Assembly: GCA_963706955.1 (NCBI GenBank)
Contig: CAVPOC010000006.1
Location: forward strand, 288,001 to 352,000
Length of the DNA: 64,000 bases
Direction: 5' to 3'
DNA from: an uncultured Verrucomicrobiae bacterium
GTDB taxonomy: Bacteria > Verrucomicrobiota > Verrucomicrobiia > Chthoniobacterales > Terrimicrobiaceae
Of the stretch, positions 44,688 to 55,387 are shown one piece after another. The notes below the pieces were generated by a model. It worked only from the letters and a program-made list of their open reading frames with translations, did not search any database and was not told the DNA's origin. How positions within the stretch are numbered: the stretch's first letter is position 1; each line of letters opens with the position of its first letter. The translations under genes were made by a program, and so were the position numbers.

Positions 44688-46766
44688 ATGCCGACTAACG
44701 ATTTACTCTCGATCAATACGATTAGAACCCTGAGTATGGACGCCGTCCAGCAGGCGAACTCAGGGCATCCGGGGACGCCGATGGCTCTGGCTCCGGTGGC
44801 CTATCTTTTATGGCAAGAGTTCTTGAGGTTTGATCCAGAAGATCCGATCTGGCCCAATCGCGACAGGTTTGTTCTCTCGGCGGGCCACGCTTCCACGCTG
44901 CTTTATTCCATTTTGCACCTGACCGGCGTGAAAGCCGTTAATCGCAAATATGAAACCCTCGGAGAGCTTTCCGTTAGCCTTGATGATCTGAAGAAGTTCC
45001 GGCAATTGGAAAGCCGGTGTCCCGGGCACCCCGAATACCGTTGGACCTCGGGAGTGGAGACAACCACAGGACCGCTTGGCCAGGGAGTTGCGACCAGCGT
45101 CGGCATGGCCCTGGCCAGCCACTGGTTGGCTGCCCGCTACAACAAGCCGAATTTCCCTCTCTTTGGATTCGACGTCTATGCGATTGCTGGCGACGGTTGC
45201 ATGATGGAGGGCGTGAGTGGCGAAGCGGCCTCGCTGGCCGGTCACCTTGGTTTGTCGAACCTCTGCTGGATTTACGACAACAATCACATCACAATCGAAG
45301 GCCACACCAGTTTGGCTTTCTCCGAAGATGTAGCCGGTCGTTTCCTTGCCTATGGATGGAATGTGGAAAGGGTCTCAAACGCCAACGACTTGGACTTGCT
45401 CAGGGAAGCCTTTGGTCATTTCAAGAAGACCGTCGATCGGCCTACCCTGATCATCGTGGATAGCCACATCGGCTACGGCGCGCCCACCAAACAAGACACC
45501 AGCGCAGCACATGGCGAGCCGCTCGGCGAAGACGAGATCAGAGCGACCAAAAAACGTTATGGGTGGCCGGAGGATGCCAAGTTTCTGGTTCCTCCCGAGG
45601 TGCGGGAAGACTTCAAAGCAAAGCTCGGCGCTCGGGGCGCCAAACTGCGTGCCGAGTGGATGAGCTTGTTCTCCGCGTACGAAAGAGAATTTCCGGATCT
45701 CGCCGCCGAAACGCTGGCCATTCAGCGTCGTGAAGCGCCGAAAGGTTGGGATGCGGCGATACCCTCGTTCCCGACTGATGCCAAGGGGATCGCCAGTCGG
45801 GACTCTTCGGGCAAGGTGCTCAATGCCATTGCCAAGCAACACCCCTGGCTTCTGGGTGGGTCGGCGGATCTTTCACCCTCCACCAAGACTCGGCTGACCT
45901 TCGACGGAGCGGGCGAGGTAAGTCGTAATTCGCTTGCGGGAAGGAATCTGCACTTCGGAGTGCGGGAGCACGCCATGGGATCGATCCTCAATGGATTGGC
46001 GCTGACCAAACTAAGGGCATTTGGCTCCGGCTTTCTCATCTTTAGCGATTATGGCAAGGGCGCCTTGCGCCTGGCGGCCATCATGGAGCTGCCCGTCATC
46101 TATGTGTTTACACATGACTCAATCGGCGTCGGGGAGGATGGTCCAACCCATCAACCGGTGGAGCATTTGGCCGCACTGCGTTCCATCCCGGGTCTGATCG
46201 ATATGCGGCCGTGCGATGCCAATGAAGTTGCCGAAGCATGGCGCGTCATCATCGAACTCAAGCACGAACCGGTGGCGCTAATCCTAAGTCGGCAAGCTCT
46301 CCCCACGCTCGACCGATCGAAGTATGCACCCGCCTCCGAACTTAGACGAGGAGGCTATGTGCTCCGGGATGCCGGCAACGGAAAACCCGATGTGCTTCTC
46401 ATCGCGACCGGCAGCGAAGTGTCTCTCTGCACGGCGGCACAGGAAGAGTTGGCGAAAGAAGGCGTCCACGCTCGGGTCATTAGCATGCCGTCGTGGAAAC
46501 TTTTTGAAGACCAGGACGAGGCCTATCGAGAGTCCGTCATTCCCTCGGAGGTCCGCGCGCGAGTCTCCGTCGAGCTGGCAGCCAGGTTTGGTTGGGAGCG
46601 GTATGTCGGCATCGATGGCGAGCGCATCGGTATGAGAACTTTCGGAGAATCGGCACCTCTCCAGAAACTAGCGCAAAAATTCGGCTTCACAGTCGATGCC
46701 GTCGTGACCGCCGCTCGCGATCAGATAAACAAGAATAAGCCAAATCACAACAAGCAGCAAAATTGA
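44688..46766 (+). CDS. tkt: Transketolase
   Basis: ANSGHPGTPM, NRDRFVLSAGHAS, TTGPLGQG, GDGCMMEG, FGVREHAM and THDSIGVGEDGPTHQP. Confidence 0.97.
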   Translation: MPTNDLLSINTIRTLSMDAVQQANSGHPGTPMALAPVAYLLWQEFLRFDPEDPIWPNRDRFVLSAGHASTLLYSILHLTGVKAVNRKYETLGELSVSLDDLKKFRQLESRCPGHPEYRWTSGVETTTGPLGQGVATSVGMALASHWLAARYNKPNFPLFGFDVYAIAGDGCMMEGVSGEAASLAGHLGLSNLCWIYDNNHITIEGHTSLAFSEDVAGRFLAYGWNVERVSNANDLDLLREAFGHFKKTVDRPTLIIVDSHIGYGAPTKQDTSAAHGEPLGEDEIRATKKRYGWPEDAKFLVPPEVREDFKAKLGARGAKLRAEWMSLFSAYEREFPDLAAETLAIQRREAPKGWDAAIPSFPTDAKGIASRDSSGKVLNAIAKQHPWLLGGSADLSPSTKTRLTFDGAGEVSRNSLAGRNLHFGVREHAMGSILNGLALTKLRAFGSGFLIFSDYGKGALRLAAIMELPVIYVFTHDSIGVGEDGPTHQPVEHLAALRSIPGLIDMRPCDANEVAEAWRVIIELKHEPVALILSRQALPTLDRSKYAPASELRRGGYVLRDAGNGKPDVLLIATGSEVSLCTAAQEELAKEGVHARVISMPSWKLFEDQDEAYRESVIPSEVRARVSVELAARFGWERYVGIDGERIGMRTFGESAPLQKLAQKFGFTVDAVVTAARDQINKNKPNHNKQQN

Positions 46767-46833
46767 GCCTCTCCACCGCCTAAGCTAATGCTGGCACTCT
46801 TAGCGCTGGCATCCTTCGCGAAGAATCGACCCG

Positions 46834-48270
46834 ATGTCTTTATCAACGATCCAAACAGAAACAAATCAATCCTCTCAGAGCATGAAAGTTCCAAAGCAAA
46901 AGTGCCACGGCTTAGTGGCAAGTACGGCCCTCTCGCTTAGTCTCGCAGTCACCTCGGTCGGCGTTCCGCGAGTGAACGCTGCGGATTTCGACTGGAAACA
47001 GGCCTCCGGCGCGACTCTTAATGTTGCCTTCAACCAGCATCCCTATGCGGATGCGATTATTCAGCGATTACCGCAGTTTAAAGAACTGACCGGGATTGAT
47101 GTGAAGCATGAACTAACCCCCGAAGAAAACTACTTCGACAAGGTGACTACCCAGCTCTCCGCGGGCACCGGCGTGCCGGATGTTTTCATGACCGGGGCCT
47201 ACCAAATGTGGGATTATGCCAGTGCCAAACGCATCGAGCCGCTCGACGACCTGCTGAACGATCCATCGGCCACCAGTCCTGACTACAACCCGAAAGACAT
47301 CTTCGAAGGCGTTTTCAATGCCGGGAAGTGGGACCTCAAGCCGGGATCTCCTCCGGGGACCGGAAAGTTGTGGTGCCTGCCGCTCGGCTTCGAAATGTAC
47401 TGCCTGACCTACAACAAGAAGTACTTCGATGAGAAGGGAATTAAGGTCCCGACAACCTTGGATGAGCTCTCCGAGCTGGCGGTCAAACTCAAAGATTGGA
47501 ACGGTCCGGGATCGTACGGGGTAGCTGTTCGAGGCACTCGCAACTGGGCGACAATCCATCCCGGGTATATGAGCAGTTTTGTTAGCGCCGGAGCCAAGGA
47601 TTTCGTCGTCGAGGGGGGCAAGCTGATGTCGGCGCTGGGATCGCCGGATTCCGTCGAATTGACCAAAAAGTTTGCCGACATGATTAAGAAAGGGGGACCT
47701 CCTGGATGGTCGAACTATACGTGGTATCAGTGTGGTGCCGATTTGGGCGCCGGAAAGGCTGCCATTCTCTACGACGCTGATATTCTTGGTTACTTTAACA
47801 ACGTTCCTGGAAGCTCGAGCCAGGCTGGCAATCTCGCCTTTGCTCCGCCGGTCGTATCGAAAGCAGGCGAGCAACCGATGTCGAACGAATGGGTCTGGCA
47901 GTTGGCGATGAATAGCACCTCGAAGAATAAGAAGGCCGCCTGGCTCTTCATCCAGTATTTCACCGGACCGGAGTTTACCCTCTGGGCGGCGGTGAATGCT
48001 AAGACAGTCGATCCCGCTCGCCAATCGGTCTGGGACAATCAGGAATTCAAAGACAAGATCGGCAAAGTGCCCGGTTACTATGATTCCTTCACCAAGACCA
48101 TTCCTAATACCGGAATCAAATTCACTCCACAACCTTACTTCATCCAGTCGACGACCGAGTGGGCGGCGACACTGCAGAAGATCGTTCTGTCGGGGGCGGA
48201 TCCTAAGTCGGCGATGGACAGCCTCGCCAAGAAGATCAGCCGCGACACCTCGAAGCTAAAGCTCGACTGA
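46834..48270 (+). CDS. Sugar/polyol ABC transporter substrate-binding protein (CUT1)
   Basis: Signal-like segment; FDWKQASGATL, FKELTGIDV and YNKKYFDEKGIKVPTT; first gene of the ABC cluster; start may be 46882. Confidence 0.92.
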   Translation: MSLSTIQTETNQSSQSMKVPKQKCHGLVASTALSLSLAVTSVGVPRVNAADFDWKQASGATLNVAFNQHPYADAIIQRLPQFKELTGIDVKHELTPEENYFDKVTTQLSAGTGVPDVFMTGAYQMWDYASAKRIEPLDDLLNDPSATSPDYNPKDIFEGVFNAGKWDLKPGSPPGTGKLWCLPLGFEMYCLTYNKKYFDEKGIKVPTTLDELSELAVKLKDWNGPGSYGVAVRGTRNWATIHPGYMSSFVSAGAKDFVVEGGKLMSALGSPDSVELTKKFADMIKKGGPPGWSNYTWYQCGADLGAGKAAILYDADILGYFNNVPGSSSQAGNLAFAPPVVSKAGEQPMSNEWVWQLAMNSTSKNKKAAWLFIQYFTGPEFTLWAAVNAKTVDPARQSVWDNQEFKDKIGKVPGYYDSFTKTIPNTGIKFTPQPYFIQSTTEWAATLQKIVLSGADPKSAMDSLAKKISRDTSKLKLD

Positions 48271-48288
48271 AAAGTGTTCCCCGTTTGA

Positions 48289-48324
48289 TGGCGGCAGGGC
48301 AAGTTCATCGCTTGCCCGCCGCCA
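48289..48324 (+). other. GC-rich intercistronic stem-loop after the SBP gene (likely mRNA stabiliser)
   Basis: TGGCGGC-A-GGGCAAG / CTTGCCC-GCCGCCA, with no U-tract. Confidence 0.6.
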
Positions 48325-48403
48325 CAGGGAACCCATCAACACTCGATCAAACGATTAGCTTTCTGCTCACTTTCATGCGCGACATAGGCGCTTAATCACG
48401 GAC

Positions 48404-49345
48404 ATGAGCACAGCCACATCGACCCCGCCACGCACTGGAACTCTTTCGGAAGCGGGAGAAAAGTATGCACGCCAGAAGGCGCTTCGGCCCTACCTGGTGC
48501 TGGCCCCCTCGTTTCTGCTCACGATCGGCATCCTCATCCCGTTCTTCGTTGCCATCTTTTATTCTTTCACCGACCTCACGCTGAGAAGTCCCGATTTCGA
48601 GATGGTCGGTTTTCAAAACTACATCGACACCTTTACCAACCCGGACTTCTGGCATTCGGTGGGCGTGACGTTGCGGTATGCCTTCTTTGCCACGGGAATC
48701 GAGATGGTTCTCGGCATGATCATCGCGCTCCTGCTCAATCACGAGAACGCATTCTCGAGGTTTTTGCGGCTGGTGCTGATTTTTCCGCTGATGATCGCAC
48801 CGGTCATCGGCGCTCTGATCTGGCTCCTCATCACCAATCCATCCGTCGGTATTCTTCGTATACCCCTTAGCTGGATCGGGCTGGGCGACTTCCGCTGGAG
48901 CGCCGATCCGGACTGGGCGCTCTTCTCGCTGATTATCATTGATGTGTGGATTTACACACCTTTTGTGGTCATCCTCGTTCTGGCAGGCCTGCGATCGCTG
49001 CCAAAGTCTCCTTACGAATCTGCGCTCATCGATGGAGGCTCCGCCTGGTTTGTCTATTGGAATCTGACCCTGCCGATGCTGGCGCCAGTGCTTTTAATTG
49101 CCCTGGTCTTTCGCTTGATGACTTCGTTGCAAGAATTCGGCATTATTTTTGCCACGACCAAGGGCGGACCTGGCGATCGGACGCTCAGCGTGGCGGTGGC
49201 CTCCTACAATGAAGCCTTCCCTTATTATAATCTGAGCGGTGCGATTCCGATGCTGCTCTTTCTCTGGTTCATCATTTACGTGATTTGCTTCATCCTGATT
49301 GGCTTCTGGAAGAAAGCACAGAAAGCAGCATCTGGTGCGGTCTAA
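48404..49345 (+). CDS. Sugar ABC transporter permease
   Basis: VGFQNY, DVWIYTPFV and EAA loop ESALIDGGS. Confidence 0.93.
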   Translation: MSTATSTPPRTGTLSEAGEKYARQKALRPYLVLAPSFLLTIGILIPFFVAIFYSFTDLTLRSPDFEMVGFQNYIDTFTNPDFWHSVGVTLRYAFFATGIEMVLGMIIALLLNHENAFSRFLRLVLIFPLMIAPVIGALIWLLITNPSVGILRIPLSWIGLGDFRWSADPDWALFSLIIIDVWIYTPFVVILVLAGLRSLPKSPYESALIDGGSAWFVYWNLTLPMLAPVLLIALVFRLMTSLQEFGIIFATTKGGPGDRTLSVAVASYNEAFPYYNLSGAIPMLLFLWFIIYVICFILIGFWKKAQKAASGAV

Positions 49346-49348
49346 TGT

Positions 49349-50182
49349 ATGGATAGCGACAAAGGCATACTCGGTTTGCTCGGTCCCATCTTGAGGAACG
49401 TTATTTTGTTTCTCTATGCGCTCTTCGCGTTGTTTCCGCTCATCTGGATGGTGATTCTCTCGTTCAAGCCGGACGAGCAAATGTTTACGACCACCTTCAT
49501 TTTCACGCCCACGCTTGAGAATTTTCGAGCGGTGCTAGGCGACGGGGGCTTTATTCGCTCTCTCTGGAACAATCTTGTGGTGAGCGGTCTTGCGGTGGCA
49601 CTCTCCCTTATCGTAGGAGTCCCCGCAGCCTATGCGCTGGGAAGATACCAATTTAAGGGCAGGGAGGACATCGCCTTCACTTTCCTCTCATTTCGCTTCG
49701 CCCCGGAGATTCTGGTCATCATTCCTCTTTATCTCATCTATCAAAAGTTGGGTCTGATCGACAGCGTGTTCGGGCTGATTTGGGTCTATCAACTTATCAG
49801 TCTTCCGCTGCTGATTTGGATCCTGCGAGGATTCTTCGAAGATATCTCGCCCGATATTGAAGGAGCGGCGCAGCTGGACGGGTATTCCTGGTGGCAGGTC
49901 TTCTTTAAGGTTCTCTTGCCCATGGTAAAGCCGGGCATAGTCGCTGCCGCGCTTCTCTGCTTTATCTTCTGTTGGAATTCCTTCACGTTTGCCCTGCAGC
50001 TTGGTGGCGCCTCCACCCAGACCTCGACGGTATCCATGACCCGGTTCTTGGCATCCGACACCGTCCACTATGGGTGGGTAGCTGCGGCCGCGCTTCTCGC
50101 CGCGCTTCCTGAAGTGATTCTTGCCCTCCTCATTCAGAAGCACCTGGTCCGCGGTCTGTCGTTTGGTGCGGTGAAAGGTTAA
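49349..50182 (+). CDS. Sugar ABC transporter permease
   Basis: PTLENF, PAAYAL, EGAAQLDG and QKHLVRGLSFGAVKG. Confidence 0.93.
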   Translation: MDSDKGILGLLGPILRNVILFLYALFALFPLIWMVILSFKPDEQMFTTTFIFTPTLENFRAVLGDGGFIRSLWNNLVVSGLAVALSLIVGVPAAYALGRYQFKGREDIAFTFLSFRFAPEILVIIPLYLIYQKLGLIDSVFGLIWVYQLISLPLLIWILRGFFEDISPDIEGAAQLDGYSWWQVFFKVLLPMVKPGIVAAALLCFIFCWNSFTFALQLGGASTQTSTVSMTRFLASDTVHYGWVAAAALLAALPEVILALLIQKHLVRGLSFGAVKG

Positions 50183-50187
50183 GATTT

Positions 50188-51321
50188 ATGGCCAGCGTCG
50201 AACTACAAGGACTGACGAAATTCTATCACAAGCGTCGTGGGGTGGAAAACCTCAGCATCGACATCCACGACAAGGAGTTCATGGCGGTATTCGGACCTGC
50301 CGGCGCGGGAAAGACGACGACCCTAAATTTGGTAGCCGGGATCGTCACGCCCAATAGCGGAACGGTCAAGCTTGGCGGCCGTGATATCGGCGGGCTGGAG
50401 CCCGCCGACCGGAACGTGGCTATGGTTTTCGAAAGCTACGCTCTCTATCCGCAGTTCAACGTCTATGACAATATGGCGTTTCCCTTGCGGAGTCCAAAGT
50501 TCAAGATGCCGGAAGACAAAATCAAGGAGCGGGTCACGCATCACGCCAAGGTCATGCGGATAGACCACCTCCTGCAGCGACCAATTCAGGCGTTGAGCAA
50601 TGGACAGCGGCAGCGCACGGCATTGGGCCGCGCACTCGTGCGCAACCCCGATGTCTTCTTGCTCGATGAACCCCTCAGCCATCTCGATGCCAAGCTTCGA
50701 CACTCCATGCGCGCTGAGCTCAAGGAGATGCGCACGCAGCTCGGGGCGACGACGATTTATGTGACCCACGATTACCTCGAGGCCATGAGCCTGGGAGATC
50801 GCGTTGCCGTCCTTAATGAAGGCCACCTTTTGCAGCTTGCCAGTCCGGACGACGTTTACTTTCGTCCGGCATCCGTTGACGTCGCCAAGTTCTTTGGCGA
50901 CCCAGAGGTGAATATTTTCGATGCGACTTTGAAGACGTCGGGCGGTTCGCAAATTTCAGTCCAAATGCTCGGAGAAAACATACCACTGGCTCTCCCCCCG
51001 GATGTCGTTCAAATCCTGAACGAGAAGCATACGAGCAAGATTCAGGTGGGGGTGCGCCCGCCAGATGTTCGGATCGCTCAGGAGGGAGACAAGCAGGCAT
51101 TTCACGCCACCATCTACAGCTTCGAACCGTTGGGAACCAAATCGATTCTTACCCTCAAGGCAGTGGACGGCAGCTTCCTAAGAGCTCTTGTTGATGGACA
51201 TCTAACCTTTGAAATAGATCGGCGGACGCAGTTCCGAATCGATCCTCATCTGCTCATCATCTTCGATGCGCAAAGTCAAAAGTTTTTGGCACGCTCGACA
51301 GAGTCAATCGAGAATTCCTAA
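50188..51321 (+). CDS. Sugar ABC transporter ATP-binding protein 1
   Basis: GPAGAGKT, LSNGQRQR and LLDEPLSHLDAKLR. Confidence 0.93.
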   Translation: MASVELQGLTKFYHKRRGVENLSIDIHDKEFMAVFGPAGAGKTTTLNLVAGIVTPNSGTVKLGGRDIGGLEPADRNVAMVFESYALYPQFNVYDNMAFPLRSPKFKMPEDKIKERVTHHAKVMRIDHLLQRPIQALSNGQRQRTALGRALVRNPDVFLLDEPLSHLDAKLRHSMRAELKEMRTQLGATTIYVTHDYLEAMSLGDRVAVLNEGHLLQLASPDDVYFRPASVDVAKFFGDPEVNIFDATLKTSGGSQISVQMLGENIPLALPPDVVQILNEKHTSKIQVGVRPPDVRIAQEGDKQAFHATIYSFEPLGTKSILTLKAVDGSFLRALVDGHLTFEIDRRTQFRIDPHLLIIFDAQSQKFLARSTESIENS

Positions 51322-51324
51322 GCA

Positions 51325-52413
51325 ATGGCTGAGCTTCTTTACAAAAAGCTGGTCAAGCAATATCGACCGGACTTGCCGCCGGCTCTCGACCGGCTCGACC
51401 TCAATATTCGCGACGGAGAATTCATCGCGCTCCTGGGACCTTCCGGATGTGGCAAGTCAACCACCCTTCGGATGACGGCCGGATTGGAGTCTGTCTCCGA
51501 CGGGCAAATTGTCATTGGAGGCAAGGTCGTCAACAATACGCATCCTAAGGATCGGGGGATCGGTTTAGCCTTCGAGAACTACGCACTATATCCCCCATTG
51601 ACGGTTCGAGATAACCTCGCCTTCAATTTGAAAGCGCATGGAATCAAGCAGGCGGAGATTGACAAGCGCGTCGCCGAAATCGCCAAGTATCTGCATGTAG
51701 AGGAACTCCTCGACTTGAAGCCAGCTGCGCTCAGCAGCGGCCAAAAGCAGCGCGTCAATATCGCGCGTGCTTTGATCCGCCGCCCCGCTGTCTTGCTGCT
51801 GGATGAGCCGCTCAGCCATTTGGACGCCGCTCTCCGCGTCAAAATGCGCACGGAGATCAAGCGGCTTCACACCGAGCAACGGTTTACGACGATTATTGTC
51901 ACGCACGATCAGCTCGAAGCAATGGCACTAGCTGATCGAATCGCCGTCCTCAACGATGGCAAACTTCAACAATTCGACACACCGTTGCAGGTCTTTAATC
52001 ATCCCGCGAATGAGTTTGTTGCCGGGTTTCTCGGTGAGCCTCCGATGAACATTTTCGCGGTCAAGGGCGATTCGAATCGTCGGCTCGTCGTCCCGGGCAC
52101 CGAATTCTCGCTTCCGATCACGGACTACGTTGGCCGGTTGCTCGGAGACCGCAAGTCGGCGCGCCTCGGTGTCCGGCCATGGGGGATCCACGTTAGCCAG
52201 ACACCGTCGGAGGTTACCGTTCCGGGGACGGTTTCTGTTGTGGAAAACCTCGGAGACGAAACGCGCGTCGGTGTCCGTTATGGTGACATGCTCTTGATGG
52301 CGAGCACCGACATGACCCGAATCTACAAGCCTGGAAGCAAGGTGCACCTTACCTTCGAGGATGAAGATATTAACCTCTTTGATGAGGATACCGGAGAACG
52401 ACTCACAGCGTAG
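51325..52413 (+). CDS. Sugar ABC transporter ATP-binding protein 2
   Basis: GPSGCGKST, LSSGQKQR and LLDEPLSHLDA. Confidence 0.93.
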   Translation: MAELLYKKLVKQYRPDLPPALDRLDLNIRDGEFIALLGPSGCGKSTTLRMTAGLESVSDGQIVIGGKVVNNTHPKDRGIGLAFENYALYPPLTVRDNLAFNLKAHGIKQAEIDKRVAEIAKYLHVEELLDLKPAALSSGQKQRVNIARALIRRPAVLLLDEPLSHLDAALRVKMRTEIKRLHTEQRFTTIIVTHDQLEAMALADRIAVLNDGKLQQFDTPLQVFNHPANEFVAGFLGEPPMNIFAVKGDSNRRLVVPGTEFSLPITDYVGRLLGDRKSARLGVRPWGIHVSQTPSEVTVPGTVSVVENLGDETRVGVRYGDMLLMASTDMTRIYKPGSKVHLTFEDEDINLFDEDTGERLTA

Positions 52414-52572
52414 CTGAAGACTCTGAGAATCAGCGATCGATGACAACTTGAAAGACGAGAGTTGGTGCTCGATGTTTCTACTGAAAAGGTAGTGAAATAA
52501 GGGACAACCAACTTCAAGAAACGACGAAAAGTCACCCAACAAAGAACTACTTCTGAACAGGAGAATTTTATT

Positions 52573-53718
52573 ATGAGTACAGCAACAGTGACTCCAACAA
52601 CTGGCCAGGCTGAAACGACGCGTCCGGGCGTGATCGGAGGCGACCTGCCCGAGACGATGCGCGCCCTGGTTGTTTATGGTCCCGGAGATTATCGACTCGA
52701 AACCGTTCCCGTTCCGCGAGCCACCCCTGACGACATCATCGTCAAGGTCGAAGCGTGTGGAATATGTGCAGGCGACATCAAGACATACCTGGGAGCGGAA
52801 TCGTTCTGGGGAGGCGGAGGGCAGCCCAAGTACATCAAAGAGCCGATGATTCCCGGTCACGAGTTCGTGGGCATCGTCGTCGAACTGGGCGAAAATGCCG
52901 CCAAGAAGGACCATGTGAAGATCGGCGATCGTCTGATCTCGGAGCAAATCGTTCCGTGCTGGGATTGCCGATTTTGCAAGCAGGGCGAGTATTGGATGTG
53001 CGAGAAGCACGATGTCTACGGCTTCCAGAACAACGTGAATGGCGCCTTTGCGGAATACATGCGGTATCCAAAAGAGGCCATTAACCACCAGGTTCCCAAC
53101 GACTTGCCGCTCGAGAAGGCGATTCTCGTCGAACCCTACGCATGTTCAGCTTATTGCGTCCAGCGGGCGAACATTCATTGGGATGATGTGGTCGTTCTTG
53201 CCGGTGCCGGAACGCTTGGCCTGGGAATGGTCGGATGCGCCAAGCTCAAAAGCCCATTGAAACTCGTCGTGATGGATACCAAACCTGAGCGACTCGAACT
53301 GGCTAAGAAATTCGGCGCTGACGTGGTGTTGAATCCGCTCGTCGACGACGTTGTCAAGATCGTCAAGGATATGACGAACGGTTACGGCTGCGATGTCTAC
53401 ATCGAAGCCACCGGCCATCCCAATGCGGTCGTCCAGGGGCTTCAGATGATCCGCAAACTCGGCCGCTTCGTTGAATTCAGCGTCTTCGCTCACGACGTGA
53501 CGGTTGATTGGAGCATCATTTCAGACCGCAAACAATTGGATGTTCTGGGTGTTCATCTCGGCCCATATCAGTATCGGTTCGTCATTGATGCCATCGCCAG
53601 GGACCGCATCCCGACAGAGGGAGTGGTCACCCACAAACTACCGCTCGAGAAATTCGAAGAGGGGTTTGATATGATGAAGAAAGGGGACAAGTCTCTCAAA
53701 ATCCTTCTCATCCCATAA
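52573..53718 (+). CDS. eltD: Zn-dependent polyol dehydrogenase, erythritol/L-threitol dehydrogenase (EltD)-like
   Basis: GICAGD, IPGHEFVG, SEQIVPCWDCRFC...MC and VTVDWSIISD...LDVLGVHLGPY, resembling (from memory) the characterised EltD family. Confidence 0.75.
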   Translation: MSTATVTPTTGQAETTRPGVIGGDLPETMRALVVYGPGDYRLETVPVPRATPDDIIVKVEACGICAGDIKTYLGAESFWGGGGQPKYIKEPMIPGHEFVGIVVELGENAAKKDHVKIGDRLISEQIVPCWDCRFCKQGEYWMCEKHDVYGFQNNVNGAFAEYMRYPKEAINHQVPNDLPLEKAILVEPYACSAYCVQRANIHWDDVVVLAGAGTLGLGMVGCAKLKSPLKLVVMDTKPERLELAKKFGADVVLNPLVDDVVKIVKDMTNGYGCDVYIEATGHPNAVVQGLQMIRKLGRFVEFSVFAHDVTVDWSIISDRKQLDVLGVHLGPYQYRFVIDAIARDRIPTEGVVTHKLPLEKFEEGFDMMKKGDKSLKILLIP

Positions 53719-53866
53719 TGCGCCCAGGGCGCGTACATTGAAACCGATCTAAGCTTCGCGGGCGGAGCGGACCTTCGCCCGTGAGCGAGGAAGCAAGGCA
53801 GGCTAAAGCTACGTGTAGCCGGCCGCGGAGGAATGTTAGCATAAAGACGCTTAAGGAAAACAGTAT

Positions 53867-54340
53867 ATGAGTTCGTCCAAATTTTCGATTGCGCTGGGCT
53901 GCGACGAGGCGGCGTACAATCTCAAGGAAACGGTGCGCTCCTATTTGGAAAAGCAGGGGCATACCATTAAGGATTACGGAGTCTACAACACCGAGCCGTC
54001 GTTGTATCCAAACATTGCATTAGAGGTTTCCAGTGCCGTGGCCGACGGCCAGCACGAACGCGCGATTCTTATGTGCGGCACGGGAATTGGCATGGCCATC
54101 ACCGCTAACAAAGTTCCAGGAATTCGCGCCGCGGTCTGTCACGATGTTTATTCGGCCGAGCGGGCCCGCAAGAGCAACGATTGCCAGGTGATGGCCCTCG
54201 GGGCTCGCGTGGTCGGGGAAGAGTACGCGAAACGGCTGGTGGATTCCTGGCTGGATAGCGATTTTGAGGGAGGCAAGTCGGCCGCCAAAGTCGAGCGAAT
54301 CAAGGAAATCGAACAAGAATTTACCAGCACGAAGAAATAG
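53867..54340 (+). CDS. rpiB: RpiB family sugar-phosphate isomerase (possible D-erythrulose-4-phosphate isomerase, DerI)
   Basis: CGTGIGMAITANKVPGIRAA, YSAERARKSN and ALGARVVG. Confidence 0.9.
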   Translation: MSSSKFSIALGCDEAAYNLKETVRSYLEKQGHTIKDYGVYNTEPSLYPNIALEVSSAVADGQHERAILMCGTGIGMAITANKVPGIRAAVCHDVYSAERARKSNDCQVMALGARVVGEEYAKRLVDSWLDSDFEGGKSAAKVERIKEIEQEFTSTKK

Positions 54341-54365
54341 AATTTTCCTTAACCTCAGAACATCT

Positions 54366-55373
54366 ATGCAACGCATCATAAACGATCCTTCACGAGTAAC
54401 CGAGGATGCGCTGGAAGGAATTATCCTGTCGCATTCCGACTTGTTGGCCAAGACCGACAATCCGCGCGTCGTCCGATACGTTGGCTCGCCTGTTAAGGGG
54501 AGAGTTGGTATCGTCACAGGTGGCGGCTCCGGGCACGAACCTGCCTTTGTCGGCTATGTCGGGAAGAACATGGTGGATGTCGTTGCCGTTGGGGAAATAT
54601 TTGCTTCGCCCTCCGCCCACATTTTTCGTGATGCCATTCGCGCCGCTGATGGCGGCGCCGGCGTAGCCATTCTTTATGGGAACTATGCTGGCGATAACAT
54701 GAATGTGAAGATGGCCCGGCGAATGGTTCAAGCCGATGGAATCAAAGTGGAGACCGTGATCGCCAATGATGACGTTGCCTCGGCGGCCAAGACAGAACGG
54801 GAGAAACGTCGAGGAGTCGCCGGGGAAATTCTCATGTGGAAGGTTGCCGGCGCTAAGGCGGCTACCGGCGCGTCCCTGGAGGAGGTGATAAAGACAGCCC
54901 AAAAAGCAATCGACTCGACTCGCAGTATCGGCATTGGGCTCTCCTCTTGTGTCATTCCCGCGGCGGGCAAACCGAATTTTCACATCGAACCTGGGAAGAT
55001 GGAGGTCGGCATCGGTCACCATGGCGAACCCGGAGTCAAGGTCGACGATCTGAAGAGCGCTGACGAGATGGCGCAAATCTCCCTCGACTACATCCTGCCT
55101 GATCTGCCGTTCAACTCTGGAGACGAGATAGTTGCCATGGTTTCCGGTCTCGGGGCAACACCCGTGATGGAGCTTTACATCGTTTACAGGAAGTTGGTCG
55201 AGCTTCTCGGCAACGCTGGCATTTCCGTTTACCATTCCTACGTCGGCAATTACTTCACCTCGCTCGAAATGTTGGGTGTTACGGTCACGCTCATGAAACT
55301 GGATGCCGAGCTGAAAGAACTTATCGCCGCGGAGGCGACCTCGATCGGACTCACGCAGGCCAAACGTTCCTAA
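54366..55373 (+). CDS. dhaK: Dihydroxyacetone/erythrulose kinase, substrate-binding subunit K
   Basis: GGGSGHEPAFVGYVG, GNYAGDNMN, RRGVAG, GIGHHGEPG and YFTSLEM; ATG 54366. Confidence 0.93.
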   Translation: MQRIINDPSRVTEDALEGIILSHSDLLAKTDNPRVVRYVGSPVKGRVGIVTGGGSGHEPAFVGYVGKNMVDVVAVGEIFASPSAHIFRDAIRAADGGAGVAILYGNYAGDNMNVKMARRMVQADGIKVETVIANDDVASAAKTEREKRRGVAGEILMWKVAGAKAATGASLEEVIKTAQKAIDSTRSIGIGLSSCVIPAAGKPNFHIEPGKMEVGIGHHGEPGVKVDDLKSADEMAQISLDYILPDLPFNSGDEIVAMVSGLGATPVMELYIVYRKLVELLGNAGISVYHSYVGNYFTSLEMLGVTVTLMKLDAELKELIAAEATSIGLTQAKRS

Positions 55374-55387
55374 CCATTCTAAATACC

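Noticed and set aside
47113..55235. Long antisense ORFs (47113-48132, 51928-53088, 54390-55235)
   Set aside because: They are shadows of well-supported + strand genes, as expected from GC-rich codon bias.
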